Assembly (NCBI GenBank): GCA_963765205.1
Contig: CAVXVB010000009.1
Coordinates: 1 to 64,000 of the forward strand
From: an uncultured Verrucomicrobiae bacterium
GTDB lineage: Bacteria > Verrucomicrobiota > Verrucomicrobiia > Opitutales > JABDGR01
Length of the DNA: 64,000 nucleotides
Direction: 5' to 3'
A program made the translations under genes and the position numbers. The notes below the pieces were generated by a model. The model searched no databases. It saw nothing but the letters and a program-made list of their open reading frames with translations, and was not told where the DNA came from. Positions 43,609-53,420 of the stretch are shown here, in pieces (positions within the stretch are counted from its first letter, which is position 1; every line of letters begins with the position of its first letter).

Positions 43609-45136
43609 CTATCTGGCCGCGGGCGTCGTCGGCGGGGTGGGTGCGGGGGCTGATTGGGAGAGGGGCGTGAGGGATTGCCCGGTGGCGCGGAGTTGTTTGA
43701 TGCGCCGGGCTGCGGTGGGGGCCGAACTCTTGTCTTCCTGGTCCACTTCCGACCAACGGGCGACGGAGAACAGGAGCAGCCAGAAGCCGAAAAACACGGC
43801 GGGCGAGGCGAGCGGGAAATCCACGAGGGTGAGCGCGGCGATGGCGGCGAGGCCGGCGGCGGGCGCGATGAGAAACGACGCGAGCCGGCGACGCCAGAGG
43901 ACCCGCGCGAGGAGCCACGCCGCAGGCAACCACCAGATGACGGTGCCGATAGTCCCGTGCTCGGCGAGACTTTGCCAAAAGTCCGACCGGGCGTAGGCGT
44001 AGTATTGGCCGGCCTGGCTCCGCGCCCTGGAAAAAGCTGTAAATCACGCGGAAGGAGCCGGGCCCCCAGCCGAACCACGGGCGGGCCTGCCACATGTTGC
44101 GGGTGTCTTCGAGGACGCGTTCGTGCATGGCGACGCCGCCGGAGTATTGAATCCAATCGTCCAGCGGGTAATGGATGGCAATTTGCGCGGCGAGGCCAAA
44201 GAGGGCCACGCCGGCCAGCGCCCAGGCCAAGAGGGATATGCCGGGGCCGGAGCGCTTGGTCCGGCGGCGTTCCTCGCGCGTCTGCCAGGCAATCGAGAGG
44301 CAGCCAAGGCCCGCCACGAGGGCGGCGAGGAGGCGGTAGGCCGGCTCGCCGACGACGGCGATGCTCCCGCCCAGCGCCAGGACCGCGCCGAGAAAGAGCC
44401 AGCCTTCGCCGGCGAGCCAGCGCCAGCCGCGCTGGCGCACCAGCCAGGCAATCATGCCCAGCGCCGCGCCCAGCCAGAGGAGCGCAAACGCGCACCACTG
44501 CGCGGGGTGCGGAAAGCTGGCAAAAAACTGCGGGTTGCCAATCGGGATGATCCACAGGATGGTGTCCGTGTTGCTGAAATATTGCAGCAGCCCCAGGGCC
44601 GCCAGCGCGCCGGCACCCAGGCAGAGGACGGCCCAAGTGCGCGCAAAGACCAGGCGGCTGCGGCACATGAGCCAGGCGTTCAGGCTGGTGGCAAAAACCC
44701 CGGCGACCAACAACGTTTCGACGCCCGCCACCTTGATTTGGCCCTCGACGGGCACCCAAACCGACGGCAGCGGCAATAATGCCCAGGCTTTATTTTCCCC
44801 CAGGCTGACGGTGTGGAAGGGGGGAAAGAAATGCCCGACGGCGAGCGTCGTTAGCACGAACCACACGGGCAGCATCCAGAGCAGGGCGCGCCAAAACAGC
44901 GCCCACTGGGTGCCGGCATAACTTTCGCGGTTGGCGATGAGGAGGGCGGTGCCGATGAGGCTCAAGGTCGCGACGGCGCCGGCAAAGATGGGCGCATTGC
45001 CGCCGCAGCCCACGGCGGCGATGAGGCCCAAGGCCACCCAGTGTACGCGAAAAGCCAGTTCCGATGGAGTCTCGGTCAGCGCGGGGCCGTGATGTTCGTC
45101 TTCAAACACGTCAAAAGGTGGGGGGGAGCGCGTCAA
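43609..45136 (-). CDS. O-antigen ligase (Wzy_C) family membrane protein (one frameshift near 44015)
   Basis: Many TM helices and PWFGWGPGSF. After the frameshift it reads YAYARSDFWQSLAEHG...VDFPL. The TTG start overlaps the upstream stop (TTGA). Confidence 0.75.
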
Positions 45137-45960
45137 GCCGTGGGCACGACCGAGGCCGGCGTGGGTGGCACTTGGGCGGGTCGCAGGCTGAGGCGGAATT
45201 GTTCGAGGGCATCCCAATAGCCCGCGGCGTCGGTCTCAAGTATATTATTGTGACCGGCGCCGGCGACCCAGAGGTGGCGTTTCGGCCCGGGGTGGGTCGC
45301 GAAGAGGATTTGCCCGTGGCGGAAGGGCACGGTGTGGTCGTTGGTCGCGTGAATGGCGAGGAGCGGGGCGCGCACGCGGCGGATTTTATCGAGGTTGTTG
45401 AAGCGGTCCCAGGGCAGGAGCTTGAAATGGGTGACGACGCGAAAGGCGGTGAGGAAAGCGCCTTCGATAATCAGGCCGCCGACGGATTCGCGGCTGGCGA
45501 GGTCAATCGCGGGGCCGGCGCCGAGGGAGAGGCCGTAGAGCACGATTTTGTCGGGCGGGTAACCCTTGATGGTCGTGAGGAAGGAATAGGCGGAGGCGAG
45601 CGCGGCGCAGCAGCCGGCTTCACTCGGCGTGCCGGTGCTGGTGCCATAGCCGGGATAATCGTAGGCAAAGACGGCCCAGCCGTTGTCGCAGTAAAGGCGC
45701 AGGCGTTCGTCGGCGGTGCCGAGGTCCTGGCGATTGCCATGGCTGAAGAGCAAGACGTGCGAGGCGGCCGGGTTGGGCAAAAAGACAGCGGTAATTTTCT
45801 GGCCGTCGGACGAGGGGAGTTTGGGCTGGTTGGGCGCGTCGAGATAACTGGCGGGCGGCACGGGAAAGATCATGGCATCCGCAACCAGCCACGCAAACAC
45901 GACCAGCCCGCAGTAGCCGGTCAACACGGCCGCCAGAATCGTAAAAAACGCGCTTTCCAT
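45133..45960 (-). CDS. alpha/beta hydrolase (ABHD17/ABHD12-like)
   Basis: FSHGN, YDYPGYG, GLSLG nucleophile, IHATNDHTV and AGHNN. Confidence 0.85.
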   Translation of the reverse strand: MESAFFTILAAVLTGYCGLVVFAWLVADAMIFPVPPASYLDAPNQPKLPSSDGQKITAVFLPNPAASHVLLFSHGNRQDLGTADERLRLYCDNGWAVFAYDYPGYGTSTGTPSEAGCCAALASAYSFLTTIKGYPPDKIVLYGLSLGAGPAIDLASRESVGGLIIEGAFLTAFRVVTHFKLLPWDRFNNLDKIRRVRAPLLAIHATNDHTVPFRHGQILFATHPGPKRHLWVAGAGHNNILETDAAGYWDALEQFRLSLRPAQVPPTPASVVPTA

Positions 45961-46127
45961 GAGGGGGATTGAAACAGAAAAATGCCCGCAACCCAAAACA
46001 AATCCGGGCGGGACGTGGGCGGCGGCGAAACAAAGGCCGGCGGGATTGGTTATAAGGGAGTGGAAGCTTGCGGGCTGGCGGCGGGCCGCTGATGATGCCG
46101 GAGCAACCACCCGGTGGGGCCGCGCCC

Positions 46128-46790
46128 ATGATCGAAATCAGAAAAATCCATTATTTTTATGCCGTCGCGGTGGCGCTGGTTTTTTTGCTGGGCCTGATGT
46201 TGTTTGTGCGCCTGGCCAGCCAGGTGGCCAAATCCACCGCGCCGCCGCCCGCACCGGTGAAGGCCGCGCCCGCGCCGAACCCCGCGCTCGCCCGGCTGGT
46301 GGCGCAAACGCAAGCGGACTTGCAGCAACTGCCGGTGGACTACCAAATCGCGCCTTACGTCCAGGCGGCGGCGGATTTGCAGGCGCTGCCGCGCGCCGAG
46401 GCGGTGAATTTGCTCAAGCTTTTCGCGGTGACCAAGGACAGCGCGAAGACGAAATATCTTTGCCTGCTGCTCTTCGACGCAAAAAGCCTGCCCGACCTGG
46501 CCCCGCCCTTTGCCCGGCCGGTGTCGCTCATTTTTCAGGGCGACGTGCCGTTTATCCTGCAGCGGTTTGAGGAGAATGGCGCGGTCGTAAAAATCCCCGA
46601 TGGGCGGACTTTTTTGAATTTGTGCCTTACAAAAGGCGCGTGGAGCACGCGTCATTACGCGCCGGTGACGGCGGAGCAACTGCACCAGGCCGTTGACCAA
46701 TTGCTCGCCTTGAAAATCTGGGCCACGCCGTTGAGCGATGAGGACAAGGCGCATTTATATGAGCAGGCGGGGGTGACGGCGGGGGGGTGA
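46128..46790 (+). CDS. hypothetical membrane-anchored protein
   Basis: ORF with an N-terminal TM helix, a Pro-rich linker and host-like codon usage. It fills the gap between neighbours; an alternative start lies at 46092. Confidence 0.6.
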   Translation: MIEIRKIHYFYAVAVALVFLLGLMLFVRLASQVAKSTAPPPAPVKAAPAPNPALARLVAQTQADLQQLPVDYQIAPYVQAAADLQALPRAEAVNLLKLFAVTKDSAKTKYLCLLLFDAKSLPDLAPPFARPVSLIFQGDVPFILQRFEENGAVVKIPDGRTFLNLCLTKGAWSTRHYAPVTAEQLHQAVDQLLALKIWATPLSDEDKAHLYEQAGVTAGG

Positions 46791-46793
46791 GTT

Positions 46794-47771
46794 TTAACCT
46801 TGGGTTGCGAGCGCTGCATCCAAGGCCAGCCAGGCTGCGAGTGGCAGTTCTTCCGGGCGGGCGCGGGCGTCGAGGCCGTGCGCGGGGAGAGTTTCCAGCC
46901 AAAGCGCCAAGCTGGTTTCGAGTTTTGGGTTTCGAGTTGCGGGTTGCGGATTAGAAGTTTCGAGTTTCGAGTTTCGGGTTTCGAGTTGACGATTTCCGGT
47001 CACCTCAGTCGCTTCAGTGGCTTCCGTCGCCTCCGTCGCCTTCCCAGCCTGGCGCACGAGGGCGCCGATTTGTTTGCGGCGGTGGGTGAAGAATTCGCGG
47101 ATGAGTTTTTTGGTGGCGGGGTGGAACGCGCGGGCGTCGGGCCGGCGGCGGAGGCCGAGCAGCACGGAGTCCACTTTCGGTTCGGGATAAAAACATTTGC
47201 GCGAAACCGAGTGACTATCGGCGCGGGCGAAGGCGGCTTCGGTGAAAATGGAAATCGCGCCGCGGTCGCCGGTGCCGGGCGCGGCGGTGAAGCGCGCGGC
47301 GGCTTCGCGCTGGAGCATGAGCACCATGCGCTCCGGCAGTGGGCCGGCCAGCAGCGCGTCCAGCCAGGGCGTGCTGACGGCGTAGGGGAGGTTGGCGACG
47401 ATTTTGTAAACGCCGGATGCCGCCGCTGGATGGTTTTCCGGCAGGGCCGCGCGCGGATGTGCGACGGCGTCGCCTTCGAGCAAATGGAATTTTTCGGGAA
47501 ATTGGGGCAGGAGCGTGGCGCGCAGATTCCGGTCGAGCTGGCGGTCCACCTCGATGGCGAAGACCTCCGCGCCCGCGGCCAGCAACGCCTCGGTGAGCGT
47601 GCCTAGGCCCGCGCCGATTTCGACCACGACATCGTTCGCCTTTATTCCCGCCAGGGCGAGGGACTTGCGCACGAGGTTGCCCTCGGTGAGGAAATTCTGC
47701 CCAAGGTTCTTGCGCGGCACGACGCCCAGGTGCGCGAGCACGGCGCGGGTCTGCGTAGACGTCAAGGGCAT
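46794..47771 (-). CDS. rsmA: 16S rRNA adenine dimethyltransferase with an in-frame repeat insertion
   Basis: KNLGQNFL, EIGAGLG, IVANLPY, MLQRE and FYPEPKVDS, plus a 43-codon low-complexity insert near the C-terminus. Confidence 0.93.
   Translation of the reverse strand: MPLTSTQTRAVLAHLGVVPRKNLGQNFLTEGNLVRKSLALAGIKANDVVVEIGAGLGTLTEALLAAGAEVFAIEVDRQLDRNLRATLLPQFPEKFHLLEGDAVAHPRAALPENHPAAASGVYKIVANLPYAVSTPWLDALLAGPLPERMVLMLQREAAARFTAAPGTGDRGAISIFTEAAFARADSHSVSRKCFYPEPKVDSVLLGLRRRPDARAFHPATKKLIREFFTHRRKQIGALVRQAGKATEATEATEATEVTGNRQLETRNSKLETSNPQPATRNPKLETSLALWLETLPAHGLDARARPEELPLAAWLALDAALATQG
46915..47043. repeat. 12 x 7-bp plus 5 x 9-bp degenerate tandem repeats inside rsmA
   Basis: gtttcga-type heptamers at 46915-46998 followed by gtcgcctcc-type nonamers at 46999-47043. 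Confidence 0.85.
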
Positions 47772-47780
47772 GGCGGGAAA

Positions 47781-48692
47781 CTATGCTACTAAGGAATTAT
47801 TCCTCTTGAACAGTTCGATGGTATCCTGGCCGATTGCTATGTCCAAAATCTTTACTACAGGTCGACGGATAACCAATTCTTCCTTTGCAAGATGATGTGC
47901 TGTGCGAACTTTGACAGATTCAACTCTAAAACCTGCTTTTTCTGCCAGATCGCGAATTTTTCCATTTTGATGATAAGTTACTAGCCATGCAGCTTCTGCT
48001 GTCGCCAACGCTGAAAATATGTCAGATGGCTCAACATCGCAGCATTTATAAAGCCTCTTTCCGGGGCCCTCTCCATTGATTATGTATGGAGGATCAATAA
48101 AAAGAGCTGCTCGACTATTGGTGCAATAGACGCGCAATTGTTTTAAGCCATCTCCTTCAATTACTTTTATTCGAGGGGATAATTTTTTTAATGCCTTAAT
48201 CCTGTCACATAATGTATCAACGTACCAACGTGAACTAATGCCCTTTTCGTCTTCGCCATCACGCAGTAGACCTGCACCAGGGGCCATAACTCCACCGTAT
48301 TGGAAGCGATTACGAACCAAACATCGAAATGCAAGGGCAACGTCGTTATCCGAATCCTTACAAAGAACAGCCTCTACTTTTTTCCGAGTTGGCGAAAAGC
48401 CTCTAATCATGCTCGTTAAATTAGATGCAGATGAGCTAAAGACCACCCGCCACAAGGCAGCTACTTCAGGATCTTTTTCTACCAATACTACTTGTTTTGC
48501 CACTTTGGCGTCAGCCACTGCCAAACCTACGCTAGCACCCCCGGCAAACGGCTCAACAAAAAAGGTGGGCTGTTTGGAGAGGGATTTAAGCCATTCGAGT
48601 ATGTAACTACGCATCGCTGTTTTCCCTCCCGGATATCGAAAGGGGCTTAGCGTCCGCAGGTTTTGCGAGTAGTTGGGGCTTAGAGCAGACAT
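47781..48692 (-). CDS. Dam/D12-class (alpha) DNA adenine methyltransferase
   Basis: SPFRYPGGK, FVEPFAGGASV and LFIDPPY; AT-rich codon usage. Confidence 0.9.
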   Translation of the reverse strand: MSALSPNYSQNLRTLSPFRYPGGKTAMRSYILEWLKSLSKQPTFFVEPFAGGASVGLAVADAKVAKQVVLVEKDPEVAALWRVVFSSSASNLTSMIRGFSPTRKKVEAVLCKDSDNDVALAFRCLVRNRFQYGGVMAPGAGLLRDGEDEKGISSRWYVDTLCDRIKALKKLSPRIKVIEGDGLKQLRVYCTNSRAALFIDPPYIINGEGPGKRLYKCCDVEPSDIFSALATAEAAWLVTYHQNGKIRDLAEKAGFRVESVKVRTAHHLAKEELVIRRPVVKILDIAIGQDTIELFKRNNSLVA

Positions 48693-48704
48693 TTATAGCA
48701 ACGC

Positions 48705-49700
48705 TTAAAGATCAAGTCCTTTGCTGGCACCTGCTGCTTTAGTCCAGCTTTGGCATCGTTTTAAGAGATCATCCGGAATTTTGTCGGCGTGTTGAATAAT
48801 TCGACAACGGTCAAAAAATACGCCTCCATCTGAAGCATGGTCGTAGCGGTCCGTTGATACTCGAGCTGCAGTAAAGAACAGCTTTATTGGGGTAACGGCA
48901 AATGATTCAGTAATGAATTTCTTACTAAACGAATATGGGTCTAGCTCCGATAACCCATCACTCCAATGTCGGCCAGTTTTACATTGTCCGAATGCGATCA
49001 ACTTTCCGGGATGGTTATCAAAAAATTTCCGCCAAACAACTACATCAACCTTAGCGTCTTTGGGACGAATTCTCGCCCCGACGCGCTTTGGCTTAAAATC
49101 GCCGCCCTCTCCGAGGGATTTGCATAAAGCGGAAACGTTTTGCGCAAAAGCACTCCGTGTGCAGCCCTCTGTGTTTTCCCAGTTGAGGGTTTGGCGTGCT
49201 GTGCCAAAGAGCATTGATCCAACTCTGATTTTATCAGGGCCGCCTAAGTAACGAATGGCAGCATGCAAACAAATCTCCTCAAAAAGCTGAGTGCCATCTA
49301 GGCGTGCTTGCTTCTTCTCTAGTCGCATATCAAGTCGAGATGTCAATAGAAGAAACCAATACAGGAACTGATACGATTGACCGCCCCATTTTTTTTTAAG
49401 AATTAACAAGTCGTTTTTCAAGGAATACGGGTAGTATTTGTTGCAATGCCCAAACTCCAAGCCGCGTTCTTCCAATTCAGAAATTGCTTCTTCAGCGGCA
49501 TTTTCTGATGTTCGGTCATTCGAAACGCCACCATAGGTTTGGGCATCTTCAGATTCGTCTTCGCCATCTCGCTGGGTAATTTCAATGTAGTCCTGCTCTG
49601 ACGATCCAAGTAGTGGATCGCGCAAAGCCAGCAATTCTAAATAGTCACCACGCTCTTCTCGTGGTGCATGGCTAGTCGGTGATATTGGAAAAGCCGGCAT
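48705..49700 (-). CDS. hypothetical protein with a restriction-endonuclease-like PD-(D/E)xK (D...QCK) motif
   Basis: FEEIC ... KDAKVDVVVW ... AFGQCKTG, resembling Mrr-like D-xn-QxK active sites. Confidence 0.6.
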   Translation of the reverse strand: MPAFPISPTSHAPREERGDYLELLALRDPLLGSSEQDYIEITQRDGEDESEDAQTYGGVSNDRTSENAAEEAISELEERGLEFGHCNKYYPYSLKNDLLILKKKWGGQSYQFLYWFLLLTSRLDMRLEKKQARLDGTQLFEEICLHAAIRYLGGPDKIRVGSMLFGTARQTLNWENTEGCTRSAFAQNVSALCKSLGEGGDFKPKRVGARIRPKDAKVDVVVWRKFFDNHPGKLIAFGQCKTGRHWSDGLSELDPYSFSKKFITESFAVTPIKLFFTAARVSTDRYDHASDGGVFFDRCRIIQHADKIPDDLLKRCQSWTKAAGASKGLDL

Positions 49701-49712
49701 AAATCCGCTGGA

Positions 49713-50864
49713 TTATTCGTGGTGAGATTTTTTCGTCAAATCCCGTTGCCGACGCTTCATTGACTCTTCCAAATCTGTCGCCATTTCCAGTATTTTTTCA
49801 GAAAGCTTTAAGTCGCCTTCGTTTCCATCATACCCACTTGTAACGCGGGCTTGGGCACTCATAAGACTCGCTTTGGTTTTTTGCAGTGCTTCACGAAACA
49901 CACGTTCGTCACCCTTGCTTGTCTCGAATGCGATACTTAGGGGTTCACCACGACGAAGACATGCAATCGAAGATTCATTTTTTAGGACTTGTTCAAGATT
50001 TCTCAAATCGGGATTTTGAGACTGTATAACTGGTTGAATGTTGCCTCTTTTGTCGCCCCAGAGCCACAGGCAAAGCTCACCAAGATTTTTAATATTTCCT
50101 ACAGGCTCACGTCGCTCTGCCGAGGCTTCCGCGATTTTGAGAAACTTCGCATAGCCGTCATAATCTAATGCGGTCATAAGGTGAGAAAAGGCAATCCGGC
50201 CACGAAAACTCCATTCGCGATTATAAGCGCCTGATTTTTCTGCTTGTTGCAATACCATCAAAGCTCGAAAAAGTCGCTGGACAGTTTTATTTCGATCGCC
50301 AATCTGGCGAGCAATTTCATCCAAAGGGGTTTTGTATTCATTATGTACCCTGGCAATGTATTCTGCTTTTGCAAAACTGCGCCATTTGGCGGGCCCATTT
50401 AAATGCTTAAAGCCAACATGTCGCCAGAGCACCTTTCGGTTGTCGAAAATGCAAACAGGTAACTTTTTAAGTGACTTGAGCACATTTGGCTCTACCCGAA
50501 CCAACTGTGATAACCCAAGGGCCTGAGCCAGCTTTGGCTTAAAAAATGCCTTAACAGCAGCTAAACGACGATTCCCTTCGACCACGACACACTGGCCTTT
50601 TTCCATAACAGCAAGAAGGGGCTCGTAATCCCAAAACCCATCAGTCGCAATGGACATGGCTACTTCATCGACAGCCATGTGCTGCCAAAGAAGTTTGATA
50701 TGTTCATCTTCAGATAGCTTAGCGATACCCTCAAACTCTGCCATACGTGGATTTTGCGGGTCTAGTCTTAAGTCGTTCACGTCCATAGCCTTAACAAGAT
50801 GCGCGGGCAATTCTTCAGCCTTATGCGGCAAATCGTCAGTGGCAACTTTATTTGAAATAGGCAT
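49713..50864 (-). CDS. ParB/Srx-fold N-terminal domain protein with HTH
   Basis: LRLDPQNPR, SIATDGF..EPL, VVVEGNRRLAAVK (ParB-type motif) and LDEIARQIG...TVQR HTH. GAAGAGG precedes the ATG at 50864. Confidence 0.75.
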   Translation of the reverse strand: MPISNKVATDDLPHKAEELPAHLVKAMDVNDLRLDPQNPRMAEFEGIAKLSEDEHIKLLWQHMAVDEVAMSIATDGFWDYEPLLAVMEKGQCVVVEGNRRLAAVKAFFKPKLAQALGLSQLVRVEPNVLKSLKKLPVCIFDNRKVLWRHVGFKHLNGPAKWRSFAKAEYIARVHNEYKTPLDEIARQIGDRNKTVQRLFRALMVLQQAEKSGAYNREWSFRGRIAFSHLMTALDYDGYAKFLKIAEASAERREPVGNIKNLGELCLWLWGDKRGNIQPVIQSQNPDLRNLEQVLKNESSIACLRRGEPLSIAFETSKGDERVFREALQKTKASLMSAQARVTSGYDGNEGDLKLSEKILEMATDLEESMKRRQRDLTKKSHHE

Positions 50865-50988
50865 GGGGCCCTCTTCGGTGGAAGACGGTGAATTGAATTG
50901 TCTTCTTATTCTCACACATCAAATAGAAATGGCGCAAGTTCAATCCCCTCCATGGCCTGTTAGCAGGAACATGCTGAATAAGGCGATT

Positions 50989-51789
50989 TTACGCAGATAT
51001 TAGGGATTGTAACAATGCCTCCGGATCCTCTGCCTTCATCAGGGCTTCGCCGACGAGGATGGCCCTCGCCCCGGCGGCGCGGACGCGGGCGGCGTCCTCG
51101 GCGGTGTGGAGGCCGCTTTCGCTGATGGCTAGGGCGGGGTTGGGGATGAGGGGCAAAAGTTTTTCCGAGATGGCGAGGTTGGTTTTGAACTCGACGGTGG
51201 TGAGGTCGCGGTTGTTCACGCCGATGAGTTTGGCGCCGTGGTTCAGCGCACGGTCGAGTTCGCGTTCCTCGTGGATTTCGAAGAGGGCGTCAAGGCCGGC
51301 AATGGCGGCGGATTCGTGGAGGCGCTTGAGGGTGTCATCGTCAAGGGCGCGCACGATGAGGAGGATGGCGCGCGCGCCGGCTTCGGCGGCCTCGATAATC
51401 TGCACGGGGTGCAGCATGAAGTCTTTGCGCAGGCAGGGGACGTGGCGGTTGGTGGTGGTCTGGAACTCGACCACGTCCCACAGGTCGCGCAGCGTGCCGC
51501 CGAAATATTTCTCGTCGGTGAGGACGGAAATGGCGTCGGCCCCGGCGTTGGTGTAACGGCGGGCCTGCTCGACGGCGTCGGCCCCGGCCTTGATGGCGCC
51601 GGCGGAGGGCGAGCGGCGCTTGATTTCGGCGATGACGCCGAGGCGGCCCGGCTGGTCGAGGGCTTGCGCGAAAGTCGGCCCCGGACGCGGCGACTCGGCA
51701 AAGCGGGCGAGCTCGCGCTCGCGCACGGGGCGCAGGCGCGGCTCGATTTCGCGGCGCTTGTGCGCCATAATCTCGGCGAGTTTGTCCAT
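50989..51789 (-). CDS. trpC: indole-3-glycerol phosphate synthase
   Basis: IAEIKRRSPSAG, SVLTDEKYFGG, LRKDF, GVNNRDL, ISESG and LVGEALM. Confidence 0.96.
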   Translation of the reverse strand: MDKLAEIMAHKRREIEPRLRPVRERELARFAESPRPGPTFAQALDQPGRLGVIAEIKRRSPSAGAIKAGADAVEQARRYTNAGADAISVLTDEKYFGGTLRDLWDVVEFQTTTNRHVPCLRKDFMLHPVQIIEAAEAGARAILLIVRALDDDTLKRLHESAAIAGLDALFEIHEERELDRALNHGAKLIGVNNRDLTTVEFKTNLAISEKLLPLIPNPALAISESGLHTAEDAARVRAAGARAILVGEALMKAEDPEALLQSLISA

Positions 51790-51852
51790 CGGAGGGATGA
51801 AGGATGAGGGATGAGGGAGGAAAAATAAAGGATGAAAGAAACTCGGAATGCT

Positions 51853-51940
51853 GATTTCTGAGTGCTGAATGCTGAGGCATTTCTACGCGGTGATGCTCGT
51901 TCGGCGATAATTTGCATTCAGCATTCAGCAATCAGAAATC
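51853..51940. repeat. 23-bp inverted repeat built of heptamers in the divergent trpC/mazG spacer
   Basis: gatttctgagtgctgaatgctga (51853-51875) pairs 22/23 with tcagcattcagcaatcagaaatc (51918-51940). Confidence 0.8.
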
Positions 51941-52014
51941 CACCGCCCGGCGCATCTGTCCTTTTGCTTTGCATCAAATCCAAGGGTGGGATTGTATAGG
52001 GCGAACCTTTAACC

Positions 52015-52684
52015 ATGAGCGCGATTGATGATTTACGCGAGACGATGGCGCGGCTGCGCGGCCCGGGGGGTTGTCCGTGGGATTTGGAACAGACGCACCA
52101 GAGCATCTGCGACTGCCTGGTCGAGGAGGTCGCCGAATTGCTCGATGCGATTGACCGGAGCGATTTTCCGCACATGCGCGAGGAACTCGGCGATTTGCTC
52201 CTGCACGTCGTCATGCACGCGCAGATGGCGTCCGAGGCCGGCCACTTTAATTTCGAGGATGTGGCGCGCGAGATCAACGACAAGCTCATCCGCCGCCATC
52301 CGCACGTTTTTGGCGAGATGAACCTGCCCACAACCGAGGCCGTGCTCCATCAATGGGACGCGATCAAGGCCGCGGAAAAGAAAAACGGCCCCGCGCCCGA
52401 AGGCCTGTTCAAGCGTTTGCCGCCGCAGTTGTCCGCGCTGCTTTACGCGCGCGAGGTTTACAAGCAAATCGAAAAAAAGCGGCTGCCGGCCAGCGGGGTC
52501 GTGGACGACGCGGCCATCGCGGCCCTGGCGCAGGGGTTGGATGAAAAAACCGCGGGTCGGAAGCTTTTCGAACTGGCCGCCGCCTGCCGCCAGGCGGGGA
52601 TTGACCCCGAAATCCGCGCTGCGCCGCCACACGCAGACGGTGACGGACGCGGTCGAACATCCGCCCCATGCCCGCGCATCGTGA
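52015..52684 (+). CDS. mazG: MazG-family nucleoside triphosphate pyrophosphohydrolase (extra A near 52611)
   Basis: GCPWDLEQTH, EELGDLL and KLIRRHPHVF. Removing one A restores GIDPESALR and gives a stop at 52684. Confidence 0.85.
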
Positions 52685-53420
52685 AGGCGACCTATTGGAG
52701 ATGCTGGCCGTCGAGACCTCCGACGGCCCGCTGCTGGTGCCGTGCGAGATCCGCCGTTCGCCGCGCCTGCGCCGCATCCGCCTGAGCCTGGGCGCGCGCA
52801 ACCAGGCGATTTTGCAAGTACCGCTGCGCGCCAGCGTTAGGGACGCGCTGGGTTTTTTGCGCAGCCAGGGCGACTGGCTGCAAAAACAACTGCAAAAGAC
52901 CCCGCCGCCGGTGGCGCTGGCCGCGCATTTGGCGAAGCACCCACGGTTGAGCGGCCATGGGCGCGAATTTGCGGTGACGCTCAATTTCACCGTCGCGCGG
53001 CCTTTTTTCGTGTATTCGGAGGCGGCCGGCGCGGCGGAGTTCCGCTATCCGGCGGGCGAGGGTGGGGAGCCTGCACTCGGCGAATTGTTGCGCGAGTTCG
53101 CGAGGAAGGTGCTGCCACCCCGGGTGCAGGAACTGGCGCAGCGGCATGGGCTGGGGGTGCGGCGGGTGAGCGTGCGCGACCAAGGCACGCGGTGGGGATC
53201 GTGTTCGGCGGGCCGCACGGTGTCGCTCAACTGGCGGCTGGTGCTGCTGCCGGCGGACTTGCATGATTATGTATTGCTGCATGAACTGGCGCATCTGACG
53301 GAAATGAACCACTCGTCGGCGTTCTGGGATTTGCTGCGCTCCTACGACCCGCGCACGGATCTGCATGACCGGGAGTTGACCCGCCGGTCGCGGGAATTGA
53401 TGCGGCTGGGGCGGGGGTGA
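52668..53420 (+). CDS. YgjP/DUF45 (M48-like) zinc metallohydrolase
   Basis: RWGSCS, LNWRL, YVLLHELAH and NHSSAFW. Confidence 0.85.
   Translation: MPAHREGDLLEMLAVETSDGPLLVPCEIRRSPRLRRIRLSLGARNQAILQVPLRASVRDALGFLRSQGDWLQKQLQKTPPPVALAAHLAKHPRLSGHGREFAVTLNFTVARPFFVYSEAAGAAEFRYPAGEGGEPALGELLREFARKVLPPRVQELAQRHGLGVRRVSVRDQGTRWGSCSAGRTVSLNWRLVLLPADLHDYVLLHELAHLTEMNHSSAFWDLLRSYDPRTDLHDRELTRRSRELMRLGRG

Larger units (their letters stand above)
47775..51040. mobile_element. low-GC horizontally acquired island (three genes) between trpC and rsmA
   Basis: Abrupt shift to AT-rich sequence and codon usage relative to the flanking genes. No integrase or transposase is visible. Confidence 0.6.

Noticed and set aside
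49713..50864. Chromosome/plasmid partition ParB
   Set aside because: No parA or replicon genes are nearby, and the context is a nuclease plus a methylase.
34143..52684. Pseudogene calls for the cbiX-like, O-antigen ligase and mazG genes
   Set aside because: Each has one indel with otherwise intact motifs, consistent with the long-read error pattern seen elsewhere. This cannot be settled without the reads.
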